From a candidate division WOR-3 bacterium (GTDB lineage: Bacteria; Hydrothermota; Tepidihabitantia; Tepidihabitantales; Tepidihabitantaceae): a stretch of 64,000 nucleotides of DNA. This document shows positions 1-9,115 of the stretch, piece by piece. Where the stretch lies: positions 10,971-74,970 of the forward strand of contig CBFGJV010000012.1 of assembly GCA_965649205.1 (NCBI GenBank), given 5' to 3'. A program made the position numbers and the translations under genes. A model generated the notes under the pieces. That model was not told the DNA's origin. It saw only the letters and a program-made list of their open reading frames with translations, and ran no database searches. Numbering within the stretch: position 1 is the stretch's first letter; each line of letters begins with the position of its first letter.

Positions 1-847
1 CCTTGAAGCGGAGGCTTTCGCCGGGCATGAAACGCAATAGTTCGTCCCAATATGCGCCGCAGAATACCTTATTGTGAACAGTCCACAGTACACAGTGGGG
101 TTCACTGCCCACAGGTATGGTAGCCAGCACCTGATTGTTGGCACAGTTGAGCACAGTCAAGTTGTCGCTTCCGGCATTAGCCACATAGAGCCGGTTGTTC
201 AGGGTATTGGCGGACATAGCCCAAGCGTTGACTCCGGAGCTGACGGTTGCCACCAGCCGGTCTGTGGCGCAGTCAATGACATGAATTTTGCCCGGCTGAC
301 CATAGGCGCCTCCGGTAGTGTAAACACGGTCGCTGGTGGGATGGTAGAGAATTTCATTGGGATTCTGGGAAACAGAAATGGTGGAGAGAACCCGATCGTT
401 CTGGGCGTCTATGCTGGTTACGGAAAAACTTCCCCTATTGGAGCAGTAGACTTTGTTGCGTTGGGCATTGTACACCAGTCCGGACGGGTTGCGGGCCACG
501 GTGATAGTGGCGATTACCGAATCGGAAGCAGTGGATATTACAGAGACAGTTCCCGGGTTGTTCAAGTCGTTATTTGCGCAGTAAATTTTTCCGGCTTTGT
601 AGTTCCAGCAGAGGGCGCACGGGTTGGGACCCACGGCAATCCTTTTTCGCACCTGATTGGTACGGGTGTCTATGACAAAGACAGCGTTGCTGCCTTCGCT
701 TGCCACATATAGTTTGCAGTTTACAGAGTCGTAGGCGAGCGCCTGAGGTGCCTTGCCCACGACTATGGTAGTTTCGATATATTGGGCCGAAGATACACTG
801 AGAAAGCTCAGAATCAGGAAAAGAGCCGTCCGGGTAGTATGGTGCAT
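1..847 (-). CDS. Secreted YVTN/YncE-type beta-propeller protein (partial, runs off the left end of the window)
   Basis: Not in the ORF track. Manual translation from ATG 847 gives MHHTTRTALFLILSFLSVSSAQYIETTIVVGKAPQALAYDSVNCKLYVASEGSNAVFVIDTRTNQVRKRIAVGPNPCALCWN, i.e. a signal peptide plus YVTN-like repeats. The + strand ORF 74..712 is its antisense shadow. Confidence 0.85.
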   Translation of the reverse strand, partial: MHHTTRTALFLILSFLSVSSAQYIETTIVVGKAPQALAYDSVNCKLYVASEGSNAVFVIDTRTNQVRKRIAVGPNPCALCWNYKAGKIYCANNDLNNPGTVSVISTASDSVIATITVARNPSGLVYNAQRNKVYCSNRGSFSVTSIDAQNDRVLSTISVSQNPNEILYHPTSDRVYTTGGAYGQPGKIHVIDCATDRLVATVSSGVNAWAMSANTLNNRLYVANAGSDNLTVLNCANNQVLATIPVGSEPHCVLWTVHNKVFCGAYWDELLRFMPGESLRFK

Positions 848-1361
848 CGCATACCTTTCTGGTTCGTTGCCGGCAATCCAATAATAGACCATAAATTGCG
901 GCTGTGTCAAGCAGGGTCTGACGGACAGGGGGAACTGGCAGTGAAAGGTTCAGGTGAGATTAAATGGGTCAGGCAGAAGCTTGGCTCTGGTCATAGGTAG
1001 GCAAGTGTTGCTTTTTCAACCAGTTGGGGGCGTGCCTCTTTCTTCTTCCGCCACAAAGTAGGGGGACTGGGCAGGGGAAGGGGGAACGACTCCCCCAGTG
1101 GTGCAGGGGGTGGGACGGAAAGGGGGTTTAGGTTCTAATGCCGATAGCAATAGTTGGATAATCTCCTGTTTCTGCTGCGGATAGGGAAAGGGATACAGGT
1201 GTTGTGTCAGGTAGCGGCTAAGCTAGCAGCGAGAATCAGGGTAGAAACAGGGTGCAGGCTACAGGTTGAGCTTCTGGCCGCAGGGCTTGTTCAATTTCTT
1301 GTGTGGTTGCGGCTCTGGCAGAAGTGTGTCCGCAGAGGGAAGGGGCGGAATAGCGGGGGAA

Positions 1362-3350
1362 TCAGTTGCCAGTTTTCAGTCTTGTGTTGAGCAGTTGTTC
1401 AAAGCTGGGGTTGACCGGGCCGCCGAGTCGTTTTGCCGTCTCCAGTTCGGCTCCGGCTTCCGGATAGCGGCCGAGATGAAACAGAGCCACGGCGCGGTTG
1501 TGATGGACGAGGGGATTGTCAGGAGCAAGAGCGAGGAGTGTGTCGTACTGAGCCAGTGCTTCCAGATAACGCCCCAGTTTCTGCAAGACGGTGCCCAGTC
1601 CGAAGCGGAACTTGAGCTCGGAGGGTTTCAGTTCTACGCTTCTGGAGTAAGCATTGCGAGCCTCGTCCAGTTGATTGTGTGATTCGTATATCATTCCCAG
1701 ATAGTAATGGGTAAAGGGGTTGTGCGCATCGTATCTGGCAGCCAGGGTAAGGTGTTTTAGCGCCTCTTCTTCCCGGCGTTGCTTCAGCCGTAGTATGCCT
1801 AAGTTGCGATGGGCTTCAGCTAGGTCGGGCTGGAGCTGAATCGCTTCCAGGAAAGAGGCCACCGCTCGTGCGGTGTCGTTCTGTTCCAGATAAGTGGCGC
1901 CCAGGTTGACCAGTGACTGGGCCCGGGTGGTTACCCGGGAACCTTGAAGCGGGTAAAGGGTGGGAATAAGGCTGGCAGCAACAAGGCCTAAGCGCGCCGC
2001 CAGTTTTCTGTAGTGTCGCTGGCGTAACTGCTGCCAGAGTTTTACCAGCAGTGCCCCGGCAAAAGGCGCAAGGGAGACTACTACCGGCAGGCGGTAGCGG
2101 TCGAGAACGAAGAAGGCTATTACCGAGAGAGAGAAGAGAAGGAAGAAGATGGCGAGGGAAAGATGGGCAAGGGAGCGGCGGAAAAATAGAACAAGACCCG
2201 GAAAACCCAGGGCAAAGGCCAGCCCGAACCCGGCCAGAGGGAGCCGAAGCACAAAGGAATAGCGGGCCAGAAAACCCAGGTCATAGGAGTCGGGGACCTC
2301 AAAGTTGTTCAGATAGAGAAGGGTCTTGCGCAGGAGCAGACGCAGGAATGCGGCAGGATGCGATTTTATCCAAGCAAGTGCCTGCCGGAAGTAAAAACGA
2401 GAAGTTTCGCCATAGCTGAGTTTGCGCCCTGCTACCTTGCGGGCATAGTCAGCCATATCCTGTTCCTCAAATTGAGGATGAGCGCGCAACCAGCTGGGTG
2501 CCTCGTATTGGCCGGTACGGTTGTGTTCGCTGTTGCCGATATAGAAGTTTTGACCGGCCTGGGTAGTGGTGAGGATGAATTCCCGGGCAAGCAGAGAATT
2601 GCGGATGGAAACCGGCGCAATGACGCAGATAAGTCCAAGAAGGGACAGAAGTGCCGGGATAAGTGGTGGGTTGAACTGCGGTGTGAGGAATTTTCGCCCA
2701 GAGCCAGGGACTTTCGACCTACGTAGAGCAAGGTGAACTGCGATCAGAAGAGGCGCAAATATCAGCAGATTGGAGCGGGTCAGAGAAGCCAGGCCAAGGG
2801 AAAGTCCGCAGAGAAAGGACCAGAACCGGGTCTGCCAGGTTTGACCGGCTGAGGAGGGGAAGCGCAGGCTCCGCACTAAAGACCAGAGGAACAGAGCGGT
2901 GAGGAAGATGGACAAAGCGGTTTTCTCTATTACAACTTCGTAGAATATGAAAGGGCGGTAGCCGGCAACGAAGAGAGCGGCAAGAAGGGCGGCTGTCGGG
3001 TTGAAGAGAAGTCGCGTCATATCCCAGACAAGAAGGATGATTAGGCAACCCATTAGAATCTGTAGGAGATAGACGGCGGGATAGTTGTGTCCGAACAGTC
3101 TGTAGACGCCGGCGAGAAAATAGGGATATAGAGGGTCCTGGTAGAAAGGTTTAGGAGTGAGGGTGCGATTGGCGATAGCCAGCGCCGCAGCGTCGTAGGC
3201 TTGGCCATCTACCATAGGCTGGGTGAAGAAGGGAGAGTCAGAGCTGTCCCGGAAGTGGGCCAGCCGTAGGCCGAGCCCGAAAGTGAGAATCAGGAGAAGG
3301 GGCAGAAAGTTGCGTATGGAAAAGGTGGGCAGGGATGCAGAAGTTTTCAC
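1362..3350 (-). CDS. ArnT/PMT-like (GT39/GT83-type) membrane glycosyltransferase with C-terminal TPR repeats
   Basis: Multi-TM protein with VDGQAY and FYQDPLYPYFLA motifs, a late DRYRLP motif and C-terminal TPRs (AEAHRNLG, THYYLG, LVHHNRA). Confidence 0.8.
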   Translation of the reverse strand: MKTSASLPTFSIRNFLPLLLILTFGLGLRLAHFRDSSDSPFFTQPMVDGQAYDAAALAIANRTLTPKPFYQDPLYPYFLAGVYRLFGHNYPAVYLLQILMGCLIILLVWDMTRLLFNPTAALLAALFVAGYRPFIFYEVVIEKTALSIFLTALFLWSLVRSLRFPSSAGQTWQTRFWSFLCGLSLGLASLTRSNLLIFAPLLIAVHLALRRSKVPGSGRKFLTPQFNPPLIPALLSLLGLICVIAPVSIRNSLLAREFILTTTQAGQNFYIGNSEHNRTGQYEAPSWLRAHPQFEEQDMADYARKVAGRKLSYGETSRFYFRQALAWIKSHPAAFLRLLLRKTLLYLNNFEVPDSYDLGFLARYSFVLRLPLAGFGLAFALGFPGLVLFFRRSLAHLSLAIFFLLFSLSVIAFFVLDRYRLPVVVSLAPFAGALLVKLWQQLRQRHYRKLAARLGLVAASLIPTLYPLQGSRVTTRAQSLVNLGATYLEQNDTARAVASFLEAIQLQPDLAEAHRNLGILRLKQRREEEALKHLTLAARYDAHNPFTHYYLGMIYESHNQLDEARNAYSRSVELKPSELKFRFGLGTVLQKLGRYLEALAQYDTLLALAPDNPLVHHNRAVALFHLGRYPEAGAELETAKRLGGPVNPSFEQLLNTRLKTGN

Positions 3351-3356
3351 AGTCCA

Positions 3357-3385
3357 AGTCTAAAGGAGGCAACCGCTCTTGTAAA
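3357..3385 (-). promoter_or_regulatory. Sigma70-type promoter, probably leaderless, for the glycosyltransferase
   Basis: TTTACA-N17-TAGACT, then 6 nt to GTG 3350; no Shine-Dalgarno sequence. Confidence 0.55.
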
Positions 3386-3459
3386 CGGTGGAGCGGGCGC
3401 CGGTTTCGAAGGTTGCTTCCGCTTGACACACAGTTCGACTGTGATAGCCTAGAGGCACC

Positions 3460-4872
3460 ATGAGGAAAATAACCGCAATTTGTCTTTTGGCCGTAGTCGT
3501 GTTTTCCGGCTGTGCCGAGAAAAGAAGCAGGGGGCTGAAACCTGAGCGCGCGGAAAACTGGTTGGTTACCTATGTGGATACAGTGAAGATTGGTTATTCT
3601 GTGATGAGGCGGGAGCGGTTGCGGGACGGTTACCGGCTTGAAGGAATGATGAGAATGAATGTGGATATGGGAGGGGTGAAACAGGATGTGCGTTATTCTT
3701 CCGAGATTTTTACCGCGCCGGATTTTTCTCTCCGTTCCTTTGATTTCCGTTTCCAGGCACAGGGTCGCACGCAGAATGTTACCGGGGTGGTGGAGGGCAG
3801 GAATCTGAAACTGGTGGGCAAGGGCGATCAGTCCCGGACCATTCCTCTGCGCGGGCCGGTTTATCCGATGGCGGCGCTGGGTACGCTTGTGGTTCGACGT
3901 AATCCTGCGCCCGATGCCAAGTTCAGTTTTGATGTGTTTGATGTGAGTGTGGTTTCAGTTGTGCCTGTGCAGGTGACAGTGTTGGGCAGGGATACCGTGA
4001 GTCTGAACGGGGAGAAGCAGGAGGCGCTTAAGATGCAGGTGCGGTTGGCTCAGGTGGAAATGACCAGCTGGCTGGACGCAGAAGGATTGCCGCTGGTTGA
4101 GCTTTCGCCGCCACGGATGCGTTCGGTCCGGACTACTGCTGCTCAGGCAATGGCCGAGGAAAAGGGGCGGGGTCGTCTGGACATTTTGCGGATGTTCCGG
4201 GTGCCTGTGGATACCACGGTGGCGGAGCCGGCCCGAGTGAGACGGGCGGTACTGGAGATAACCGGAATAAAGCCTGAGGAGGCGAGCCTTGCGTTTGACT
4301 ACCAGCGGGTAATAGGCAACCAGCCGCTGGTGATAGAGATTAGCACTCCTTCCCTGCCTGCAGAGGTGCGTCTGCCTGTTGGCGGTCAGGAAGATTTCCT
4401 TAAGCCCACACTTTCAGTGCAGTGTGATCATCCGGAAATCAAAGCCAAGGCCAGAGAGGTTGTCGGTCCTACGGACGAGGCAGTGCAGGCGGCGCGTACT
4501 TTGGCATCCTGGGTGTTTGCTGCCCTTAATAAGGTTCCGACCGCCTCTTTTCCGTCTGCTCTGGAGGTGCTGCGGCAGATGGAGGGAGACTGTAACGAAC
4601 ATGCCGTGCTTTATGCGGCTCTGGCACGTGCGCTGGGGATTCCTACGAAGATTACGGTCGGGCTGGTATATATGGAAGGAGCGTTCTACTACCATGCCTG
4701 GAACGAGGTGTTTCTTGGCCGCTGGATTCCAGTGGATGCTACACTGGGAGAGTTTCCGGCTAGTGCCCTGCATCTAAAGCTGGGCGAGGGCGAGCTGAGC
4801 GAGCAAGCCCAGGTGCTGGCCGTAGTCGGACGTATCGGTATCAGGCTTAAGGCCTGGGAAACCAGCCGTTGA
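3460..4872 (+). CDS. Transglutaminase-like domain lipoprotein
   Basis: Lipobox VFSGC; catalytic triad motifs GDCNEHA, YHAWNEV and PVDAT. Confidence 0.88.
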   Translation: MRKITAICLLAVVVFSGCAEKRSRGLKPERAENWLVTYVDTVKIGYSVMRRERLRDGYRLEGMMRMNVDMGGVKQDVRYSSEIFTAPDFSLRSFDFRFQAQGRTQNVTGVVEGRNLKLVGKGDQSRTIPLRGPVYPMAALGTLVVRRNPAPDAKFSFDVFDVSVVSVVPVQVTVLGRDTVSLNGEKQEALKMQVRLAQVEMTSWLDAEGLPLVELSPPRMRSVRTTAAQAMAEEKGRGRLDILRMFRVPVDTTVAEPARVRRAVLEITGIKPEEASLAFDYQRVIGNQPLVIEISTPSLPAEVRLPVGGQEDFLKPTLSVQCDHPEIKAKAREVVGPTDEAVQAARTLASWVFAALNKVPTASFPSALEVLRQMEGDCNEHAVLYAALARALGIPTKITVGLVYMEGAFYYHAWNEVFLGRWIPVDATLGEFPASALHLKLGEGELSEQAQVLAVVGRIGIRLKAWETSR

Positions 4873-4901
4873 CCGCGAGAGCAGTCTGCTCCGGAAATGC
4901 T

Positions 4902-7439
4902 CTATTTTTCCGGTTGCGGCTGCGTTTCTTCTTCCGCGGGTAGTTCGAAGATAAAGTCAGATTCCTTCATCAGTATTTCTATGCGTGCCCGGTTGCGCAG
5001 GTCGGCCAGAAGCTGGGCGGCAAGTTTTTCTTCTGCGGCCTGGCGCAGTTTGTCTTCCAATCTGGGTCTCACTTCCTCCAGAGGTCGCGTGTAGGCTTTC
5101 TTTTTCTCTTCCACTTTGATGAAGGTATAGGTGGTGTCGTTGAGTTTCATAACTGGCGAGACGGCGCCGGTGTCCAGACTGAAGGCAGCATTGATTATTT
5201 TCTGGTCGCGGGACTTGTCGTCTCGCGTGAGCCAGTACAAGTCTCCTGATGACCAGCGGCTGGGCGCGCTGGAGAAACGACGTGCCAGGTCAGCGAAGGT
5301 TACTTTCTGGGCAGAGTCCTTGCGGGTGACTTTGAGCAGGAGTACGCCGTCAGGCAGTTCATAGCGAGCCACCTCTCCGGTATCCAGTTTCACCAGGCGT
5401 TTCACAAAATCAGCTGGCAGGACGCGGTCCAGAGTAAGGTAAGCCCCCAGTTTGGCAGAATCCACTATTGGCTTCCCGGTGCTGTCTGTCTGCAGTTTTT
5501 CACCCAATAGGGTGACGAGTTCTTCGGCAGTGCGGGCCTGGCGCAGCCGGGGAGCATACAGTTTGTCTTCGGCGGAAAGATTGGAGAACCCCAGGCCGAA
5601 CACGGCGTTGCCGCGATAGGGGCCAGCTGCCCGACAACTGGCAGTGAGGTTAGCGACTTCCTTGCCGGCCACTCGCAGGGTGGGTGTTCCGGTGAGGGCC
5701 GGGGCACGGGTCAGGCTGTACACAGCAATGAGCGAGTCGGTGTTGGTGGTCGTGCGAAGCTGTTGTTCGATTTCCGCTGCCTGACCTTGGTCCGTAACGA
5801 ACAGACCGCGTCCGTCAATGAGTGCAGGCAGACGGCCCGCCACAGCCCAGGCGCGTAACTGTTGCGCACGTTCCCGGGTAGGGGCAGCGATTTCCCGGGC
5901 GTGCACCTGCGCCGGTACTTTGTGTTCTTTCAGGGTGGCACGGTATTCAGCCGCAATAGCCGCAGAGTCAACCTGGGCTTTTTCGCTAATCATGAGACTG
6001 CGGTAGCGGTCAATAGCCAGTCTTTCTCGCTGTTCCAGGAGGCGGTGTACTACCCGATTCCAGAGCCATAGCTTTTGCGCTTCGGCCTCGCGCAGGATTA
6101 TCCTTTCCAGCACTAGTTGTTCTAAAATCCGCTGTCTGCCTTCAGGGGTCATGAATTGGCTGCGGAAGAATATAGGTATCTGCTGGATTCTTACCTCCAG
6201 GTCAATCCGGGTGATGGGAATATTATCCACGAAAGCCAGCGTATCTTTTTCCTGGCTGAGGGCGTTGGTGTCCATAACCACATTGGCTTTGCGTTTGAGC
6301 ATCTCTACTGTCTTTTCGTAGAGCTTTTGACCTTCAGCCTGGCGGAGTTGAGCAAGAATCTGGTCTCTGACTTCTGCATAGGGCTTCGTGCTGGCGGGTT
6401 TTCTTTCTGTAATTTTTAGAAGAGCAAACCCTTCTTCTGTTTTCACCGGTTGGCTGAGCTGGCCGGGTTTCAGGGAGAAAGCGGCAACTTCTATCGCTTT
6501 GGGCTGTACTCCGCGGGCAAAGAATCCCATATCACCGCCTTTCTCTTTGTCCGGGGCGATAGAAAACTGGCGGACCAGAGTGTCCCACTTTGCCGGTTCA
6601 GCCAGGAGCACTTTGCGCAGAGAATCAGCTAGTCTGCGGTCGGCTACCACCAGTTGATAGCCGTGTACTTTTTCCGGTGTGGTGTAGCGCGTGGGCTTGT
6701 CTTTCTGGTACTGTGCCCGCAGCCGTTTCTCGGAGGTGTCCAGCCGACCCACGATGTTGCGTTCGTACCATTCCTCGTAGAGGAGGCGGTTTCTTATCTG
6801 GTTCAGCGAGGAGCGGAAGTGTTTGTCTTCAAACACACCGATGGACTTCGCCGCCTGGTATTGCAGGCGGTTGTCAATCATGGAGTTGAGTAATTCCTGT
6901 TTCTTCTCGTACTTTTCGTAGGCGGCCGGATTCTGGCTGATACGTTCATCCAGCTCTATGCGGGTAATGGGGAAGCCGTCCACATATGCTACCCGATCCT
7001 GGTAGTTCTTGCGGAAGCAGCGCTCTATTGCGTCCAGAGCGTCCGCACCAAAGGCGGATTTCATATAACGAGTAGCCACCTGTTCGTAGTTTTTGGCTGC
7101 GTCAAGGAACTTTTCCTGTAGTTCCTGAGACAGAGCCAGGCGATACAGTATTTCAGGCATGCGTTTGTCTTTGGGAAACTGTTCCAGAATGAGACGGTAG
7201 AGCGATTCGGCGGCAGCGTAGTCTTCCTTCTTGTCTAGGAAGAAGTCAGCCAGTTCCAGTTTGACTAAGAACTTGTCAGCAGGACGCGTGCTGACGGCGT
7301 CCAGTCGCTGCAGCAGGTTTTCCGCTGCAGAGTACTGCTGTAGGGCATAGTACCGATAAACACTATCCAGTTTAGTGGTTAGATTCTGGCTGTGCGCCCA
7401 GACAATGGATAACAATACAGAGCATATGAGTTTCTTCAT
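4902..7439 (-). CDS. Periplasmic parvulin-type peptidyl-prolyl isomerase/foldase with N-terminal TPR (PrsA/SurA-like)
   Basis: SD GGAGG before MKKLI (ATG 7439); signal peptide; TPR region; rotamase motifs KGGDMGFF..AAFSLKPGQLSQPV and SSGDLYW..AAFSLDTGAVSPV. Confidence 0.85.
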   Translation of the reverse strand: MKKLICSVLLSIVWAHSQNLTTKLDSVYRYYALQQYSAAENLLQRLDAVSTRPADKFLVKLELADFFLDKKEDYAAAESLYRLILEQFPKDKRMPEILYRLALSQELQEKFLDAAKNYEQVATRYMKSAFGADALDAIERCFRKNYQDRVAYVDGFPITRIELDERISQNPAAYEKYEKKQELLNSMIDNRLQYQAAKSIGVFEDKHFRSSLNQIRNRLLYEEWYERNIVGRLDTSEKRLRAQYQKDKPTRYTTPEKVHGYQLVVADRRLADSLRKVLLAEPAKWDTLVRQFSIAPDKEKGGDMGFFARGVQPKAIEVAAFSLKPGQLSQPVKTEEGFALLKITERKPASTKPYAEVRDQILAQLRQAEGQKLYEKTVEMLKRKANVVMDTNALSQEKDTLAFVDNIPITRIDLEVRIQQIPIFFRSQFMTPEGRQRILEQLVLERIILREAEAQKLWLWNRVVHRLLEQRERLAIDRYRSLMISEKAQVDSAAIAAEYRATLKEHKVPAQVHAREIAAPTRERAQQLRAWAVAGRLPALIDGRGLFVTDQGQAAEIEQQLRTTTNTDSLIAVYSLTRAPALTGTPTLRVAGKEVANLTASCRAAGPYRGNAVFGLGFSNLSAEDKLYAPRLRQARTAEELVTLLGEKLQTDSTGKPIVDSAKLGAYLTLDRVLPADFVKRLVKLDTGEVARYELPDGVLLLKVTRKDSAQKVTFADLARRFSSAPSRWSSGDLYWLTRDDKSRDQKIINAAFSLDTGAVSPVMKLNDTTYTFIKVEEKKKAYTRPLEEVRPRLEDKLRQAAEEKLAAQLLADLRNRARIEILMKESDFIFELPAEEETQPQPEK

Positions 7440-7507
7440 GTTACCTCCTGGTTCCAAGTTTTATAACACCGGGCGTCAATTGCTACCAGCCACCGGTGTT
7501 GTTGTAT

Positions 7508-8248
7508 CTACCGTACGAATTGAAGTCCTATCATCATTACCGCACCTGAAAGGAGCGGAATGACGACATTGTCGTTGACCTCAAACGGCAGCGCCTCCAC
7601 AATTGAGGCGGAGACGGCTCCAAGAATACCAACGCCAAAAGGCAGGTCAAGTTTGGGCAGCAGCGAGATAACCCAGGCTACAACGATGCATGCGGCCAGA
7701 CCGGCCAGACTCCCTTCCAGAGTTTTGCGAAACAGTCTGATGCGGCCGAAGGATAAGCCGACCAGCGCCGCGACCGTGTCTCCTATAGAAAGAAAGGAGA
7801 TGGCGGCGATGAATACGCCGCGTCCTTCTTGCGGTTTGGTCCCTAGTATGCCGGAACCGAAAACTATCATACACACAAGCGAAGCCAGCATCAGATAGCT
7901 GCCGCCGGTAAGAGAGGAGAACTCGCGTTTTCTGAGTAGGGAGCCGAATAGCACGATGAAAATACCACGCAGAGGATTCAAGTGTAGCCGCAGAAAATCC
8001 ACCGCCAGAAAAATAGCGGTAGCAGCTATCATCAGGTATAGGGCGAGACGTTGAGGCAGCGGGTAGTAGAGAATGGGAATGAGAAGCGCAAGCAGATGAG
8101 CAAGCTTGCGCCCTTTTTCCGGGCCTAGAACTCCACACCTCCGGATACTTGCTGGGTACTGCCCAGTTCTCTGCTTCCTGAGGCGTAACCGGCTGAGTAA
8201 CCGTAGTCTAAATACAGCCGCTTGTACCGGGCACCAAGTCCCAGACAA
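7508..8248 (-). CDS. SEC59/DGK1/VTE5-family polyprenol/diacylglycerol kinase (start uncertain)
   Basis: RKLAHL, GDTVAALVG, KTLEGSLAG and VNDNVVIP motifs; multi-TM. Confidence 0.8.
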   Translation of the reverse strand: MSGTWCPVQAAVFRLRLLSRLRLRKQRTGQYPASIRRCGVLGPEKGRKLAHLLALLIPILYYPLPQRLALYLMIAATAIFLAVDFLRLHLNPLRGIFIVLFGSLLRKREFSSLTGGSYLMLASLVCMIVFGSGILGTKPQEGRGVFIAAISFLSIGDTVAALVGLSFGRIRLFRKTLEGSLAGLAACIVVAWVISLLPKLDLPFGVGILGAVSASIVEALPFEVNDNVVIPLLSGAVMMIGLQFVR

Positions 8249-9102
8249 AAATTGCCACGGTGTAAACCCATGCGGCCGTATAGGCTTGTGCGGAAGGCGT
8301 ATTCTATACCCAGGTTATGGTCCAGCTTGCGGCCGTCCAAGTCTGTCTGCACTTCTGCAGCCAGGTGTAGCATATCTCTGCCCAGGTAGAAGGTTTTAGC
8401 GATGCCGGCACAGGGAGCGGGTATGATAGCTTCCCGTTTTCCTGTGCTCCAGAACAGAGGCGAACTGGTGGCGTTGCGTATGCGAAAGCCCAGGTTTAGG
8501 CCTGGTGCAGGCGTAAGCAACAGTCCCGCATCCGCGCCCATGCCGAAGCAGGAGCCCGGACCAAGCGATTGATATATCAGTTTGGTATTGACTCCAAGCG
8601 TGAAAATCGGCGAAAGCTGGCGGCTGTAGTTGAAGTAACCCACCAGTTGATTGGCACTTACAATTTCTTTCACAATCGGACGGTTGTTTTCTCCCGGAGG
8701 TTGGGTGGTGTCGGGTAGGGTAGTGAGTTTGATGCCAGGAATGCCGTTGTGGAGCACACCAATACCAAACGATTGGAGGTCAGCGGAGAAGGTGACGCCC
8801 AGATAGTTGTGCTGAAGCAGTCCGCTGAAGTCTTCGGAATGGAGCAGGAGTACCTGGTTGCCAGGAGTCCTGGCCGTAAGAGCGGGATTGTAGTAGATTG
8901 CCTCCGGGCCCCGGGCCAGGGTTACGGCAGCTCCGCCCAAGCCGATGATACGGGCCGAGGTGCCGAGTTCTTCAAAGTCTCCCGCGTATTTGGTCGCCCA
9001 AGCGTAGCTGAGAATCAGGAACAGAAGCGTCGTGGCCAGCGGCCTACGTCGACTCCAATAGGGGATGAACCGGTTGCTCCGTTTTCTTTCTGCTTTGCTC
9101 AT
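8125..9102 (-). CDS. PorV/UPF0164-family outer-membrane beta-barrel protein
   Basis: KYAGDF..GTSARIIGLGGA and AIYYNPA motifs; C-terminal aromatic residue (VEF); SD gaggag before ATG 9102. Confidence 0.8.
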   Translation of the reverse strand: MSKAERKRSNRFIPYWSRRRPLATTLLFLILSYAWATKYAGDFEELGTSARIIGLGGAAVTLARGPEAIYYNPALTARTPGNQVLLLHSEDFSGLLQHNYLGVTFSADLQSFGIGVLHNGIPGIKLTTLPDTTQPPGENNRPIVKEIVSANQLVGYFNYSRQLSPIFTLGVNTKLIYQSLGPGSCFGMGADAGLLLTPAPGLNLGFRIRNATSSPLFWSTGKREAIIPAPCAGIAKTFYLGRDMLHLAAEVQTDLDGRKLDHNLGIEYAFRTSLYGRMGLHRGNFCLGLGARYKRLYLDYGYSAGYASGSRELGSTQQVSGGVEF

Positions 9103-9115
9103 TCTTATTGTCTCC

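Noticed and set aside
74..712. 212-aa + strand ORF
   Set aside because: Antisense shadow of the minus-strand YVTN beta-propeller gene.
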